Of a DNA stretch of 64,000 bases, positions 29,501 through 46,823 are shown piece by piece (positions within the stretch are counted from its first letter, which is position 1; each line of letters starts with the position of its first letter). Both the position numbers and the translations under genes were made by a program. Source of the DNA: Nemertoderma westbladi (lineage: Eukaryota > Animalia > Xenacoelomorpha). The stretch is from assembly GCA_032718475.1 (NCBI GenBank), contig JAUCBJ010003602.1, forward strand, positions 62,001 to 126,000. Reading direction: 5' to 3'. The notes beneath the pieces were generated by a model that worked only from the letters and a program-made list of their open reading frames with translations, was not told the DNA's origin and searched no databases.

Positions 29501-32500
29501 AATGTAAAGGTTTGTACATACAACCAATCAAATGTAAAGGTTTGTACATACAACCAATCAAATGTAAAGGTTTGTACATACAACCAATCAAATGTAAAGG
29601 TTTGTACATACAACCAATCAAATGCAAAGGTTTGTACATACAACCAATCAAATGTAAAGGTTTGTACATACAACCAATCAAATGTAAAGGTTTGTACATA
29701 CAACCAATCAAATGTAAAGGTTTGTACATACAACCAATCAAATGTAAAGGTTTGTACATGCAACCAATCAAATGTAAAGGTTTGTACATACAACCAATCA
29801 AATGTAAATGTTTGTACATGCAACCAATCAAATGTAAAGGTTTGTACATACAACCAATCAAATGTAAAGGTTTGTACATACAACCAATCAAATGTAAAGG
29901 TTTGTACATACAACCAATCAAATGTAAAGGTTTGTACATACAACCAATCAAATGCAAAGGTTTGTACATACAACCAATCAAATGTAAAGGTTTGTACATA
30001 CAACCAATCAAATGTAAAGGTTTGTACATGCAACCAATCAAATGTAAAGGTTTGTACATACAACCAATCAAATGTAAAGGTTTGTACATACAACCAATCA
30101 AATGTAAAGGTTTGTACATACAACCAATCAAATGTAAAGGTTTGTACATTCAACCAATCAAATGTAAAGGTTTGTACATACAACCAATCAAATGTAAAGG
30201 TTTGTACATACAACCAATCAAATGCAAAGGTTTGTACATACAACCAATTAAATGTAAAGGTTTGTACATACAACCAATCAAATGTAAAGGTTTGTACATA
30301 CAACCAATCAAATGTAAAGGTTTGTACATACAACCAATCAAATATAAAGGTTTGTACATACAACCAATCAAATGCAAAGGTTTGTACATACAACCAATCA
30401 AATTCAAAGGTTTGTACATACAACCAATGTAAAGGTTTGTACATACAGTACAACCAATGTAAAGGTTTGTACATACAGTACAACCAATGTAAAGGTTTGT
30501 ACATACAACCAATCAAATGTAAAGGTTTGTACATACAACCAATCAAATATAAAGGTTTGTACATACAACCAATCAAATGTAAATGTTTGTACATACAACC
30601 AATCAAATGTAAAGGTTTGTACATACAACCAATCAAATGTAAAGGTTTGTACATACAACCAATCAAATATAAAGGTTTGTACATACAACCAATCAAATGC
30701 AAATGTTTGTACATACAACCAATCAAATTCAAAGGTTTGTACATACAACCAATCAAATGTAAAGGTTTGTACATACAACCAATCAAATGTAAAGGTTTGT
30801 ACATACAACCAATCAAATGTAAAGGTTTGTACATACAACCAATCAAATATAAAGGTTTGTACATACAACCAATCAAATGCAAAGATTTGTACATACAACC
30901 AATCAAATTCAAAGGTTTGTACATACAACCTATCAAATGTAAAGGTTTGTACATGCAACCAATGTAAAGGTTTGTACATACAGTACAACCAATGTAAAGG
31001 TTTTTTTACATACAACCAATCAAATGTAAAGGTTTGTACATACAACCAATCAAATGTAAAGGTTTGTACATACAACCAATCAAATGTAAAGGTTTGTACA
31101 TACAACCAATCAAATGTAAAGGTTTGTACATACAACCAATCAAATGTAAAGGTTTGTACATACAACCAATCAAATGTAAAGGTTTGTACATACAACCAAT
31201 CAAATGTAAAGGTTTGTACATACAACCAATCAAATGTAAAGGTTTGTACATACAACCAATCAAATGTAAAGGTTTGTACATATAACCAATCAAATGTAAA
31301 GGTTTGTACATACAGTACAACCAATGTAAAGGTTTGTACATACAACCAATCAAATGTAAAGGTTTGTACATGCAACCAATCATATGTAAAGGTTTGTACA
31401 TACAACCAATCAAATGTAAAGGTTTGTACATACAACCAATCAAATGTAAAGGTTTGTACATACAACCAATCAAATGTAAAGGTTTGTACATACAACCAAT
31501 CAAATGCAAAGGTTTGTACATACAACCAATCAAATGTAAAGGTTTGTACATACAACCAATCAAATGTAAAGGTTTGTACATGCAACCAATCAAATGTAAA
31601 GGTTTGTACATACAACCAATCAAATGTAAAGGTTTGTACATACAACCAATCAAATGTAAAGGTTTGTACATACAACCAATCAAATGTAAAGGTTTGTACA
31701 TACAACCAATCAAATGTAAAGGTTTGTACATACAACCAATCAAATGTAAAGGTTTGTACATACAACCAATCAAATGCAAAGGTTTGTACATACAACCAAT
31801 CAAATGTAAAGGTTTGTACATACAACCAATCAAATGTAAAGGTTTGTACATACAACCAATCAAATATAAAGGTTTGTACATACAACCAATCAAATATAAA
31901 GGTTTGTACATACAACCAATCAAATGCAAAGGTTTGTACATACAACCAATCAAATTCAAAGGTTTGTACATACAACCAATGTAAAGGTTTGTACATACAG
32001 TACAACCAATGTAAAGGTTTGTACATACAGTACAACCAATGTAAAGGTTTGTACATACAACCAATCAAATGTAAAGGTTTGTACATACAACCAATCAAAT
32101 ATAAAGGTTTGTACATACAACCAATCAAATGTAAATGTTTGTACATACAACCAATCAAATGTAAAGGTTTGTACATACAACCAATCAAATGTAAAGGTTT
32201 GTACATACAACCAATCAAATATAAAGGTTTGTACATACAACCAATCAAATGCAAATGTTTGTACATACAACCAATCAAATTCAAAGGTTTGTACATACAA
32301 CCAATCAAATGTAAAGGTTTGTACATACAACCAATCAAATGTAAAGGTTTGTACATACAACCAATCAAATGTAAAGGTTTGTACATACAACCAATCAAAT
32401 ATAAAGGTTTGTACATACAACAAATCAAATGCAAAGATTTGTACATACAACCAATCAAATTCAAAGGTTTGTACATACAACCAATCAAATGTAAAGGTTT

Positions 32501-35500
32501 GTACATGCAACCAATGTAAAGGTTTGTACATACAGTACAACCAATGTAAAGGTTTTTTTACATACAACCAATCAAATGTAAAGGTTTGTACATACAACCA
32601 ATCAAATGTAAAGGTTTGTACATACAACCAATCAAATGTAAAGGTTTTTTACATACAACCAATCAAATGTAAAGGTTTGTACATACAACCAATCAAATGT
32701 AAAGGTTTGTACATACAACCAATCAAATGTAAAGGTTTGTACATACAACCAATCAAATGTAAAGGTTTGTACATACAACCAATCAAATGTAAAGGTTTGT
32801 ACATACAACCAATCAAATGTAAAGGTTTGTACATACAACCAATCAAATGTAAAGGTTTGTACATACAACCAATCAAATGTAAAGGTTTGTACATACAACC
32901 ACCAAATGTAAAGGTTTGTACATACAACCAATCAAATGCAAAGGTTTGTACATACAACCAATCAAATGTAAAGGTTTGTACATACAACCAGTCAAATGTA
33001 AAGGTTGTACATACAACCAATCAAATGTAAAGGTTTGTACATGCAACCAATCAAATGTAAAGGTTTGTACATACAACCAATCAAATGTAAAGGTTTGTAC
33101 ATACAACCAATCAAATGTAAAGGTTTGTACATACAACCAATCAAATGTAAAGGTTTGTACATACAACCAATCAAATGTAAAGGTTTGTACATACAACCAA
33201 TCAAATGTAAAGGTTTGTACATACAACCAATCAAATGCAAAGGTTTGTACATACAACCAATCAAATGTAAAAGTTTGTACATACAGTACAACCAATGTAA
33301 AGGTTTGTACATACAACCAATCAAATGTAAAGGTTTGTACATATAACCAATCAAATGTAAAGGTTTGTACATGCAACCAATCAAATGTAAAGGTTTGTAC
33401 ATACAACCAATCATATGTAAAGGTTTGTACATACAACCAATCAAATGTAAAGGTTTGTACATGCAACCAATGTAAAGGTTTGTACATACAGTACAACCAA
33501 TGTAAAGGTTTTTTACATACAACCAATCAAATGTAAAGGTTTGTACATACAACCAATCAAATGTAAAGGTTTGTACATACAACCAATCAAATGTAAAGGT
33601 TTGTACATACAACCAATCAAATGTAAAGGTTTGTACATACAACCAATCCAATGCAAAGGTTTGTACATACAACCAATCAAATGTAAAGGTTTGTACATAC
33701 AACCAGTCAAATGTAAAGGTTTGTACATACAACCAATCAAATGTAAAGGTTTGTACATACAACCAATCAAATGTAAAGGTTTGTACATACAACCAATCAA
33801 ATGTAAAGGTTTGTACATACAACCAATCAAATGTAAAGGTTTGTACATACAACCAATCAAATGTAAAGGTTTGTACATACAACCAATCAAATGTAAAGGT
33901 TTGTACATACAACCAATCAAATGTAAAGGTTTGTACATACAACCAATCAAATGTAAAGGTTTGTACATACAACCAATCAAATGTAAAGGTTTGTACATAT
34001 AACCAATCAAATGTAAAGGTTTGTACATACAGTACAACCAATGTAAAGGTTTGTACATACAACCAATCAAATGTAAAGGTTTGTACATATAACCAATCAA
34101 ATGTAAAGGTTTGTACATGCAACCAATCAAATGTAAAGGTTTGTACATACAACCAATCAAATGTAAAGGTTTGTACATACAACCAATCAAATGTAAAGGT
34201 TTGTACATGCAACCAATGTAAAGGTTTGTACATACAGTACAACCAATGTAAAGGTTTTTTACATACAACCAATCAAATGTAAAGGTTTGTACATACAACC
34301 AATCAAATGTAAAGGTTTGTACATACAACCAATCAAATGTAAAGGTTTGTACATACAACCAATCAAATGTAAAGGTTTGTACATACAACCAATCAAATGC
34401 AAAGGTTTGTACATACAACCAATCAAATGTAAAGGTTTGTACATACAACCAGTCAAATGTAAAGGTTTGTACATACAACCAATCAAATGTAAAGGTTTGT
34501 ACATGCAACCAATCAAATATAAAGGTTTGTACATACAACCAATCAAATGTAAAGGTTTGTACATACAACCAATCAAATGTAAAGGTTTGTACATACAACC
34601 AATCAAATGTAAAGGTTTGTACATACAACCAATCAAATGTAAAGGTTTGTACATACAACCAATCAAATGTAAAGGTTTGTACATACAACCAATCAAATGC
34701 AAAGGTTTGTACATACAACCAATCAAATGTAAAGGTTTGTACATACAACCAATCAAATGTAAAGGTTTGTACATACAACCAATCAAATGTAAAGGTTTGT
34801 ACATACAACCAATCAAATATAAAGGTTTGTACATACAACCAATCAAATGCAAAGGTTTGTACATACAACCAATCAAATTCAAAGGTTTGTACATACAACC
34901 AATGTAAAGGTTTGTACATACAGTACAACCAATGTAAAGGTTTGTACATACAGTACAACCAATGTAAAGGTTTGTACATACAGTACAACCAATGTAAAGG
35001 TTTGTACAAACAACCAATCAAATGTAAAGGTTTGTACATACAACCAATCAAATATAAAGGTTTGTACATACAACCAATCAAATGCAAATGTTTGTACATA
35101 CAACCAATCAAATGTAAAGGTTTGTACATACAACCAATCAAATGTAAAGGTTTGTACATACAACCAATCAAATATAAAGGTTTGTACATACAACCAATCA
35201 AATGCAAATGTTTGTACATACAACCAATCAAATTCAAAGGTTTGTACATACAACCAATCAAATGTAAAGGTTTGTACATACAACCAATCAAATGTAAAGG
35301 TTTGTACATACAACCAATCAAATGTAAAGGTTTGTACATACAACCAATCAAATATAAAGGTTTGTACATACAACCAATCAAATGCAAAGATTTGTACATA
35401 CAACCAATCAAATTCAAAGGTTTGTACATACAACCAATCAAATGTAAAGGTTTGTACATGCAACCAATGTAAAGGTTTGTACATACAGTACAACCAATGT

Positions 35501-38500
35501 AAAGGTTTTTTTACATACAACCAATCAAATGTAAAGGTTTGTACATACAACCAATCAAATGTAAAGGTTTGTACATACAACCAATCAAATGTAAAGGTTT
35601 GTACATATAACCAATCAAATGTAAAGGTTTGTACATACAGTACAACCAATGTAAAGGTTTGTACATACAACCAATCAAATGTAAAGGTTTGTACATATAA
35701 CCAATCAAATGTAAAGGTTTGTACATGCAACCAATCAAATGTAAAGGTTTGTACATACAACCAATCAAATGTAAAGGTTTGTACATACAACCAATCAAAT
35801 GTAAAAGTTTGTACATGCAACCAATGTAAAGGTTTGTACATACAGTACAACCAATGTAAAGGTTTTTTACATACAACCAATCAAATGTAAAGGTTTGTAC
35901 ATACAACCAATCAAATGTAAAGGTTTGTACATACAACCAATCAAATGTAAAGGTTTGTACATACAACCAATCAAATGTAAAGGTTTGTACATACAACCAA
36001 TCAAATGCAAAGGTTTGTACATACAACCAATCAAATGTAAAGGTTTGTACATACAACCAGTCAAATGTAAAGGTTTGTACATACAACCAATCAAATGTAA
36101 AGGTTTGTACATGCAACCAATCAAATATAAAGGTTTGTACATACAACCAATCAAATGTAAAGGTTTGTACATACAACCAATCAAATGTAAAGGTTTGTAC
36201 ATACAACCAATCAAATGTAAAGGTTTGTACATACAACCAATCAAATGTAAAGGTTTGTACATACAACCAATCAAATGTAAAGGTTTGTACATACAACCAA
36301 TCAAATGCAAAGGTTTGTACATACAACCAATCAAATGTAAAGGTTTGTACATACAACCAATCAAATGTAAAGGTTTGTACATACAACCAATCAAATGTAA
36401 AGGTTTGTACATACAACCAATCAAATATAAAGGTTTGTACATACAACCAATCAAATGCAAAGGTTTGTACATACAACCAATCAAATTCAAAGGTTTGTAC
36501 ATACAACCAATGTAAAGGTTTGTACATACAGTACAACCAATGTAAAGGTTTGTACATACAGTACAACCAATGTAAAGGTTTGTACATACAGTACAACCAA
36601 TGTAAAGGTTTGTACAAACAACCAATCAAATGTAAAGGTTTGTACATACAACCAATCAAATATAAAGGTTTGTACATACAACCAATCAAATGCAAATGTT
36701 TGTACATACAACCAATCAAATGTAAAGGTTTGTACATACAACCAATCAAATGTAAAGGTTTGTACATACAACCAATCAAATATAAAGGTTTGTACATACA
36801 ACCAATCAAATGCAAATGTTTGTACATACAACCAATCAAATTCAAAGGTTTGTACATACAACCAATCAAATGTAAAGGTTTGTACATACAACCAATCAAA
36901 TGTAAAGGTTTGTACATACAACCAATCAAATGTAAAGGTTTGTACATACAACCAATCAAATATAAAGGTTTGTACATACAACCAATCAAATGCAAAGATT
37001 TGTACATACAACCAATCAAATTCAAAGGTTTGTACATACAACCAATCAAATGTAAAGGTTTGTACATGCAACCAATGTAAAGGTTTGTACATACAGTACA
37101 ACCAATGTAAAGGTTTTTTTACATACAACCAATCAAATGTAAAGGTTTGTACATACAACCAATCAAATGTAAAGGTTTGTACATACAACCAATCAAATGT
37201 AAAGGTTTGTACATACAACCAATCAAATGTAAAGGTTTTTTACATACAACCAATCAAATGTAATGGTTTGTACATACAACCAATCAAATGTAAAGGTTTG
37301 TACATACAACCAATCAAATGTAAAGGTTTGTACATACAACCAATCAAATGTAAAGGTTTGTACATACAACCAATCAAATGTAAAGGTTTGTACATACAAC
37401 CAATCAAATGTAAAGGTTTGTACATACAACCAATCAAATGTAAAGGTTTGTACATACAACCAATCAAATGTAAAGGTTTGTACATGCAACCAATCAAATG
37501 TAAAGGTTTGTACATACAACCAATCAAATGTAAATGTTTGTACATACAACCAATCAAATGTAAAGGTTTGTACATGCAACCAATCAAATGTAAAGGTTTG
37601 TACATACAACCAATCAAATGTAAATGTTTGTACATACAACCAATCAAATGTAAAGGTTTGTACATGCAACCTATCAAATGTAAAGGTTTGTACAAACAAC
37701 CAATCAAATGTAAAGGTTTGTACATACAACCAATCAAATGTAAAGGTTTGTACATACAACCAATCAAATGTAAAGGTTTGTACATACAACCAATCAAATG
37801 TAAAGGTTTGTACATGCAACCAATCAAATGTAAAGGTTTGTACATACAACCAATCAAATGTAAAGGTTTGTACATACAACCAATCAAATATAAAGGTTTG
37901 TACATACAACCAATCAAATGTAAAGGTTTGTACATACAACCAATCAAATGTAAAGGTTTGTACATACAACCAATCAAATGTAAAGGTTTGTACATGCAAC
38001 CAATCAAATGTAAAGGTTTGTACATACAACCAATCAAATGTAAAGGTTTGTACATACAACCAATCAAATGTAAAGGTTTGTACATGCAACCAATCAAATG
38101 TAAAGGTTTGTACATGCAACCAATCAAATGTAAAGGTTTGTACATGCAACCAATCAAATGTAAAGGTTTGTACATACAACCAATCAAATGTAAATGTTTG
38201 TACATACAACCAATCAAATGTAAAGGTTTGTACATGCAACCAATCAAATGTAAAGGTTTGTACATACAACCAATCAAATGTAAAGGTTTGTACATACAAC
38301 CAATCAAATGTAAAGGTTTGTACATGCAACCAATCAAATGTAAAGGTTTGTACATGCAACCAATCAAATGTAAAGGTTTGTACATACAACCAATCAAATG
38401 TAAATGTTTGTACATACAACCAATCAAATGTAAAGGTTTGTACATGCAACCAATCAAATGTAAAGGTTTGTACATACAACCAATCAAATGTAAAGGTTTG

Positions 38501-41500
38501 TACATACAACCAATCAAATGTAAAGGTTTGTACATACAACCAATCAAATGTAAAGGTTTGTACATACAACCAATCAAATGTAAAGGTTTGTACATACAAC
38601 CAATCAAATGTAAAGGTTTGTACATACAACCAATCAAATGTAAAGGTTTGTACATACAACCAATCAAATGCAAAGGTTTGTACATACAACCAATCAAATG
38701 TAAAGGTTTGTACATACAACCAATCAAATGTAAAGGTTTGTACATACAACCAATTAAATGTAAAGGTTTGTACATACAACCAATCAAATGTAAAGGTTTG
38801 TACATACAACCAGTCAAATGTAAAGGTTTGTACATACAACCAATCAAATGTAAAGGTTTGTACATGCAACCAATCAAATATAAAGGTTTGTACATACAAC
38901 CAATCAAATGTAAAGGTTTGTACATACGACCAATCAAATGTAAAGGTTTGTACATACAACCAATCAAATGTAAAGGTTTGTACATACAACCAATCAAATG
39001 TAAAGGTTTGTACATACAACCAATCAAATGCAAAGGTTTGTACATACAACCAATCAAATGTAAAAGTTTGTACATACAGTACAACCAATGTAAAGGTTTG
39101 TACATACAACCAATCAAATGTAAAGGTTTGTACATATAACCAATCAAATGTAAAGGTTTGTACATGCAACCAATCAAATGTAAAGGTTTGTACATACAAC
39201 CAATCAAATGTAAAGGTTTGTACATACAACCAATCAAATGTAAAGGTTTGTACATGCAACCAATGTAAAGGTTTGTACATACAGTACAACCAATGTAAAG
39301 GTTTTTTACATACAACCAATCAAATGTAAAGGTTTGTACATACAACCAATCAAATGTAAAGGTTTGTACATACAACCAATCAAATGTAAAGGTTTGTACA
39401 TACAACCAATCAAATGTAAAGGTTTGTACATACAACCAATCAAATGCAAAGGTTTGTACATACAACCAATCAAATGTAAAGGTTTGTACATACAACCAGT
39501 CAAATGTAAAGGTTTGTACATACAACCAATCAAATGTAAAGGTTTGTACATGCAACCAATCAAATGTAAAGGTTTGTACATACAACCAATCAAATGTAAA
39601 GGTTTGTACATACAACCAATCAAATGTAAAGGTTTGTACATACAACCAATCAAATGTAAAGGTTTGTACATACAACCAATCAAATGTAAAGGTTTGTACA
39701 TACAACCAATCAAATGTAAAGGTTTGTACATACAACCAATCAAATGCAAAGGTTTGTACATACAACCAATCAAATATAAAGGTTTGTACATACAACCAAT
39801 CAAATGTAAAGGTTTGTACATACAACCAATCAAATGTAAAGGTTTGTACATACAACCAATCAAATGTAAAGGTTTGTACATGCAACCAATCAAATGTAAA
39901 GGTTTGTACATACAACCAATCAAATGTAAATGTTTGTACAGTACATGCAACCAATCAAATGTAAAGGTTTGTACATACAACCAATCAAATGTAAAGGTTT
40001 GTACATACAACCAATCAAATGTAAAGGTTTGTACATACAACCAATCAAATGCAAAGGTTTGTACATACAACCAATCAAATGTAAAGGTTTGTACATACAA
40101 CCAATCAAATGTAAAGGTTTGTACATACAACCAATCAAATGTAAAGGTTTGTACATGCAACCAATCAAATGTAAAGGTTTGTACATACAACCAATCAAAT
40201 GTAAAGGTTTGTACATACAACCAATCAAATGTAAAGGTTTGTACATACAACCAATCAAATGTAAAGGTTTGTACATACAACCAATCAAATGTAAAGGTTT
40301 GTACATACAACCAATCAAATGTAAAGGTTTGTACATACAACCAATCAAATGCAAAGGTTTGTACATACAACCAATCAAATGTAAAGGTTTGTACATACAA
40401 CCAATCAAATGTAAAGGTTTGTACATACAACCAATCAAATGTAAAGGTTTGTACATACAACCAATCAAATATAAAGGTTTGTACATACAACCAATCAAAT
40501 GCAAAGGTTTGTACATACAACCAATCAAATTCAAAGGTTTGTACATACAACCAATGTAAAGGTTTGTACATACAGTACAACCAATGTAAAGGTTTGTACA
40601 TACAGTACAACCAATGTAAAGGTTTGTACATACAACCAATCAAATGTAAAGGTTTGTACATACAACCAATCAAATATAAAGGTTTGTACATACATCCAAT
40701 CAAATGTAAATGTTTGTACATACAACCAATCAAATGTAAAGGTTTGTACATACAACCAATCAAATGTAAAGGTTTGTACATACAACCAATCAAATATAAA
40801 GGTTTGTACATACAACCAATCAAATGCAAATGTTTGTACATACAACCAATCAAATTCAAAGGTTTGTACATACAACCAATCAAATGTAAAGGTTTGTACA
40901 TACAACCAATCAAATGTAAAGGTTTGTACATAAAACCAATCAAATGTAAAGGTTTGTACATACAACCAATCAAATATAAAGGTTTGTACATACAACCAAT
41001 CAAATGCAAAGATTTGTACATACAACCAATCAAATTCAAAGGTTTGTACATACAACCTATCAAATGTAAAGGTTTGTACATGCAACCAATGTAAAGGTTT
41101 GTACATACAGTACAACCAATGTAAAGGTTTTTTTACATACAACCAATCAAATGTAAAGGTTTGTACATACAACCAATCAAATGTAAAGGTTTGCACATAC
41201 AACCAATCAAATGTAAAGGTTTGTACATACAACCAATCAAATGTAAAGGTTTGTACATACAACCAATCAAATGTAAAGGTTTGTACATACAACCAATCAA
41301 ATGTAAAGGTTTGTACATACAACCAATCAAATGTAAAGGTTTGTACATACAACCAATCAAATGTAAAGGTTTGTACATACAACCAATCAAATGTAAAGGT
41401 TTGTACATACAACCAATCAAATGTAAAGGTTTGTACATACAACCAATCAAATGTAAAGGTTTGTACATACAACCAATCAAATGTAAAGGTTTGTACATAC

Positions 41501-44500
41501 AACCAATCAAATGTAAAGGTTTGTACATACAACCAATCAAATGTAAAGGTTTGTACATACAACCAATCAAATGTAAAGGTTTGTACATATAACCAATCAA
41601 ATGTAAAGGTTTGTACATACAGTACAACCAATGTAAAGGTTTGTACATACAACCAATCAAATGTAAAGGTTTGTACATGCAACCAATCAAATGTAAAGGT
41701 TTGTACATACAACCAATCAAATGTAAAGGTTTGTACATACAACCAATCAAATGTAAAGGTTTGTACATACAACCAATCAAATGTAAAGGTTTGTACATAC
41801 AACCAATCAAATGCAAAGGTTTGTACATACAACCAATCAAATGTAAAGGTTTGTACATACAACCAATCAAATGTAAAGGTTTGTACATGCAACCAATCAA
41901 ATGTAAAGGTTTGTACATACAACCAATCAAATGTAAAGGTTTGTACATACAACCAATCAAATGTAAAGGTTTGTACATACAACCAATCAAATGTAAAGGT
42001 TTGTACATACAACCAATCAAATGTAAAGGTTTGTACATACAACCAATCAAATGTAAAGGTTTGTACATACAACCAATCAAATGCAAAGGTTTGTACATAC
42101 AACCAATCAAATGTAAAGGTTTGTACATACAACCAATCAAATGTAAAGGTTTGTACATACAACCAATCAAATGTAAAGGTTTGTACATACAACCAATCAA
42201 ATATAAAGGTTTGTACATACAACCAATCAAATGCAAAGGTTTGTACATACAACCAATCAAATTCAAAGGTTTGTACATACAACCAATGTAAAGGTTTGTA
42301 CATACAGTACAACCAATGTAAAGGTTTGTACATACAGTACAACCAATGTAAAGGTTTGTACATACAACCAATCAAATGTAAAGGTTTGTACATACAACCA
42401 ATCAAATATAAAGGTTTGTACATACAACCAATCAAATGTAAATGTTTGTACATACAACCAATCAAATGTAAAGGTTTGTACATACAACCAATCAAATGTA
42501 AAGGTTTGTACATACAACCAATCAAATATAAAGGTTTGTACATACAACCAATCAAATGCAAATGTTTGTACATACAACCAATCAAATTCAAAGGTTTGTA
42601 CATACAACCAATCAAATGTAAAGGTTTGTACATACAACCAATCAAATGTAAAGGTTTGTACATACAACCAATTAAATGTAAAGGTTTGTACATACAACCA
42701 ATCAAATATAAAGGTTTGTACATACAACAAATCAAATGCAAAGATTTGTACATACAACCAATCAAATTCAAAGGTTTGTACATACAACCAATCAAATGTA
42801 AAGGTTTGTACATGCAACCAATGTAAAGATTTGTACATACAGTACAACCAATGTAAAGGTTTTTTTACATACAACCAATCAAATGTAAAGGTTTGTACAT
42901 ACAACCAATCAAATGTAAAGGTTTGTACATACAACCAATCAAATGTAAAGGTTTTTTACATACAACCAATCAAATGTAAAGGTTTGTACATACAACCAAT
43001 CAAATGTAAAGGTTTGTACATACAACCAATCAAATGTAAAGGTTTGTACATACAACCAATCAAATGTAAAGGTTTGTACATACAACCAATCAAATGTAAA
43101 GGTTTGTACATACAACCAATCAAATGTAAAGGTTTGTACATACAACCAATCAAATGTAAAGGTTTGTACATACAACCAATCAAATGTAAAGGTTTGTACA
43201 TACAACCACCAAATGTAAAGGTTTGTACATACAACCAATCAAATGCAAAGGTTTGTACATACAACCAATCAAATGTAAAGGTTTGTACATACAACCAGTC
43301 AAATGTAAAGGTTTGTACATACAACCAATCAAATGTAAAGGTTTGTACATGCAACCAATCAAATGTAAAGGTTTGTACATACAACCAATCAAATGTAAAG
43401 GTTTGTACATACAACCAATCAAATGTAAAGGTTTGTACATACAACCAATCAAATGTAAAGGTTTGTACATACAACCAATCAAATGTAAAGGTTTGTACAT
43501 ACAACCAATCAAATGTAAAGGTTTGTACATACAACCAATCAAATGCAAAGGTTTGTACATACAACCAATCAAATGTAAAAGTTTGTACATACAGTACAAC
43601 CAATGTAAAGGTTTGTACATACAACCAATCAAATGTAAAGGTTTGTACATATAACCAATCAAATGTAAAGGTTTGTACATGCAACCAATCAAATGTAAAG
43701 GTTTGTACATACAACCAATCAAATGTAAAGGTTTGTACATACAACCAATCAAATGTAAAGGTTTGTACATGCAACCAATGTAAAGGTTTGTACATACAGT
43801 ACAACCAATGTAAAGGTTTTTTACATACAACCAATCAAATGTAAAGGTTTGTACATACAACCAATCAAATGTAAAGGTTTGTACATACAACCAATCAAAT
43901 GTAAAGGTTTGTACATACAACCAATCAAATGTAAAGGTTTGTACATACAACCAATCAAATGCAAAGGTTTGTACATACAACCAATCAAATGTAAAGGTTT
44001 GTACATACAACCAGTCAAATGTAAAGGTTTGTACATACAACCAATCAAATGTAAAGGTTTGTACATACAACCAATCAAATGTAAAGGTTTGTACATACAA
44101 CCAATCAAATGTAAAGGTTTGTACATACAACCAATCAAATGTAAAGGTTTGTACATACAACCAATCAAATGTAAAAGTTTGTACATACAACCAATCAAAT
44201 GTAAAGGTTTGTACATACAACCAATCAAATGTAAAGGTTTGTACATACAACCAATCAAATGTAAAGGTTTGTACATACAACCAATCAAATGTAAAGGTTT
44301 GTACATATAACCAATCAAATGTAAAGGTTTGTACATACAGTACAACCAATGTAAAGGTTTGTACATACAACCAATCAAATGTAAAGGTTTGTACATATAA
44401 CCAATCAAATGTAAAGGTTTGTACATGCAACCAATCAAATGTAAAGGTTTGTACATACAACCAATCAAATGTAAAGGTTTGTACATACAACCAATCAAAT

Positions 44501-46823
44501 GTAAAGGTTTGTACATGCAACCAATGTAAAGGTTTGTACATACAGTACAACCAATGTAAAGGTTTTTTACATACAACCAATCAAATGTAAAGGTTTGTAC
44601 ATACAACCAATCAAATGTAAAGGTTTGTACATACAACCAATCAAATGTAAAGGTTTGTACATACAACCAATCAAATGTAAAGGTTTGTACATACAACCAA
44701 TCAAATGTAAAGGTTTGTACATGCAACCAATCAAATGTAAAGGTTTGTACATACAACCAATCAAATGTAAATGTTTGTACATACAACCAATCAAATGTAA
44801 AGATTTGTACATGCAACCAATCAAATGTAAAGGTTTGTACATACAACCAATCAAATGTAAAGGTTTGTACATACAACCAATCAAATGTAAAGATTTGTAC
44901 ATACAACCAATCAAATGTAAAGGTTTGTACATACAACCAATCAAATGTAAAGGTTTGTACATACAACCAATCAAATGTAAAGGTTTGTACATACAACCAA
45001 TCAAATGTAAAGGTTTGTACATACAACCAATCAAATGCAAAGGTTTGTACATACAACCAATCAAATGTAAAGGTTTGTACATACAACCAATCAAATGTAA
45101 AGGTTTGTACATACAACCAATCAAATGTAAAGGTTTGTACATACAACCAATCAAATGTAAAGGTTTGTACATACAACCAGTCAAATGTAAAGGTTTGTAC
45201 ATACAACCAATCAAATGTAAAGGTTTGTACATGCAACCAATCAAATATAAAGGTTTGTACATACAACCAATCAAATGTAAAGGTTTGTACATACAACCAA
45301 TCAAATGTAAAGGTTTGTACATACAACCAATCAAATGTAAAGGTTTGTACATACAACCAATCAAATGTAAAGGTTTGTACATACCACCAATCAAATGTAA
45401 AGGTTTGTACATACAACCAATCAAATGCAAAGGTTTGTACATACAACCAATCAAATGTAAAGGTTTGTACATACAACCAATCAAATGTAAAGGTTTGTAC
45501 ATACAACCAATCAAATGTAAAGGTTTGTACATACAACCAATCAAATATAAAGGTTTGTACATACAACCAATCAAATGCAAAGGTTTGTACATACAACCAA
45601 TCAAATTCAAAGGTTTGTACATACAACCAATGTAAAGGTTTGTACATACAGTACAACCAATGTAAAGGTTTGTACATACAGTACAACCAATGTAAAGGTT
45701 TGTACATACAACCAATCAAATGTAAAGGTTTGTACATACAACCAATCAAATATAAAGTTTTGTACATTCAACCAATCAAATGTAAATGTTTGTACATACA
45801 ACCAATCAAATGTAAAGGTTTGTACATACAACCAATCAAATGTAAAGGTTTGTACATACAACCAATCAAATATAAAGGTTTGTACATACAACCAATCAAA
45901 TGCAAATGTTTGTACATACAACCAATCAAATTCAAAGGTTTGTACATACAACCAATCAAATATAAAGGTTTGTACATACAACCAATCAAATGTAAAGGTT
46001 TGTACATACAACCAATCAAATGTAAAGGTTTGTACATACAACCAATCAAATATAAAGGTTTGTACATACAACCAATCAAATGCAAAGATTTGTACATACA
46101 ACCAATCAAATTCAAAGGTTTGTACATACAACCAATCAAATGTAAAGGTTTGTACATGCAACCAATGTAAAGGTTTGTACATACAGTAGAACCAATGTAA
46201 AGGTTTTTTTACATACAACCAATCAAATGTAAAGGTTTGTACATACAACCAATCAAATGTAAAGGTTTGTACATACAACCAATCAAATGTAAAGGTTTGT
46301 ACATACAACCAATCAAATGTAAAGGTTTTTTACATACAACCAATCAAATGTAAAGGTTTGTACATACAACCTATCAAATGTAAAGGTTTGTACATACAAC
46401 CAATCAAATGTAAAGGTTTGTACATACAACCAATCAAATGTAAAGGTTTGTACATACAACCAATCAAATGTAAAGGTTTGTACATACAACCAATCAAATG
46501 TAAAGGTTTGTACATACAACCAATCAAATGTAAAGGTTTGTACATACAACCAATCAAATGTAAAGGTTTGTACATACAACCAATCAAATGTAAAGGTTTG
46601 TACATACCACCAATCAAATGTAAAGGTTTGTACATACAACCAATCAAATGCAAAGGTTTGTACATACAACCAATCAAATGTAAAGGTTTGTACATACAAC
46701 CAATCAAATGTAAAGGTTTGTACATACAACCAATCAAATGTAAAGGTTTGTACATACAACCAATCAAATATAAAGGTTTGTACATACAACCAATCAAATG
46801 CAAAGGTTTGTACATACAACCAA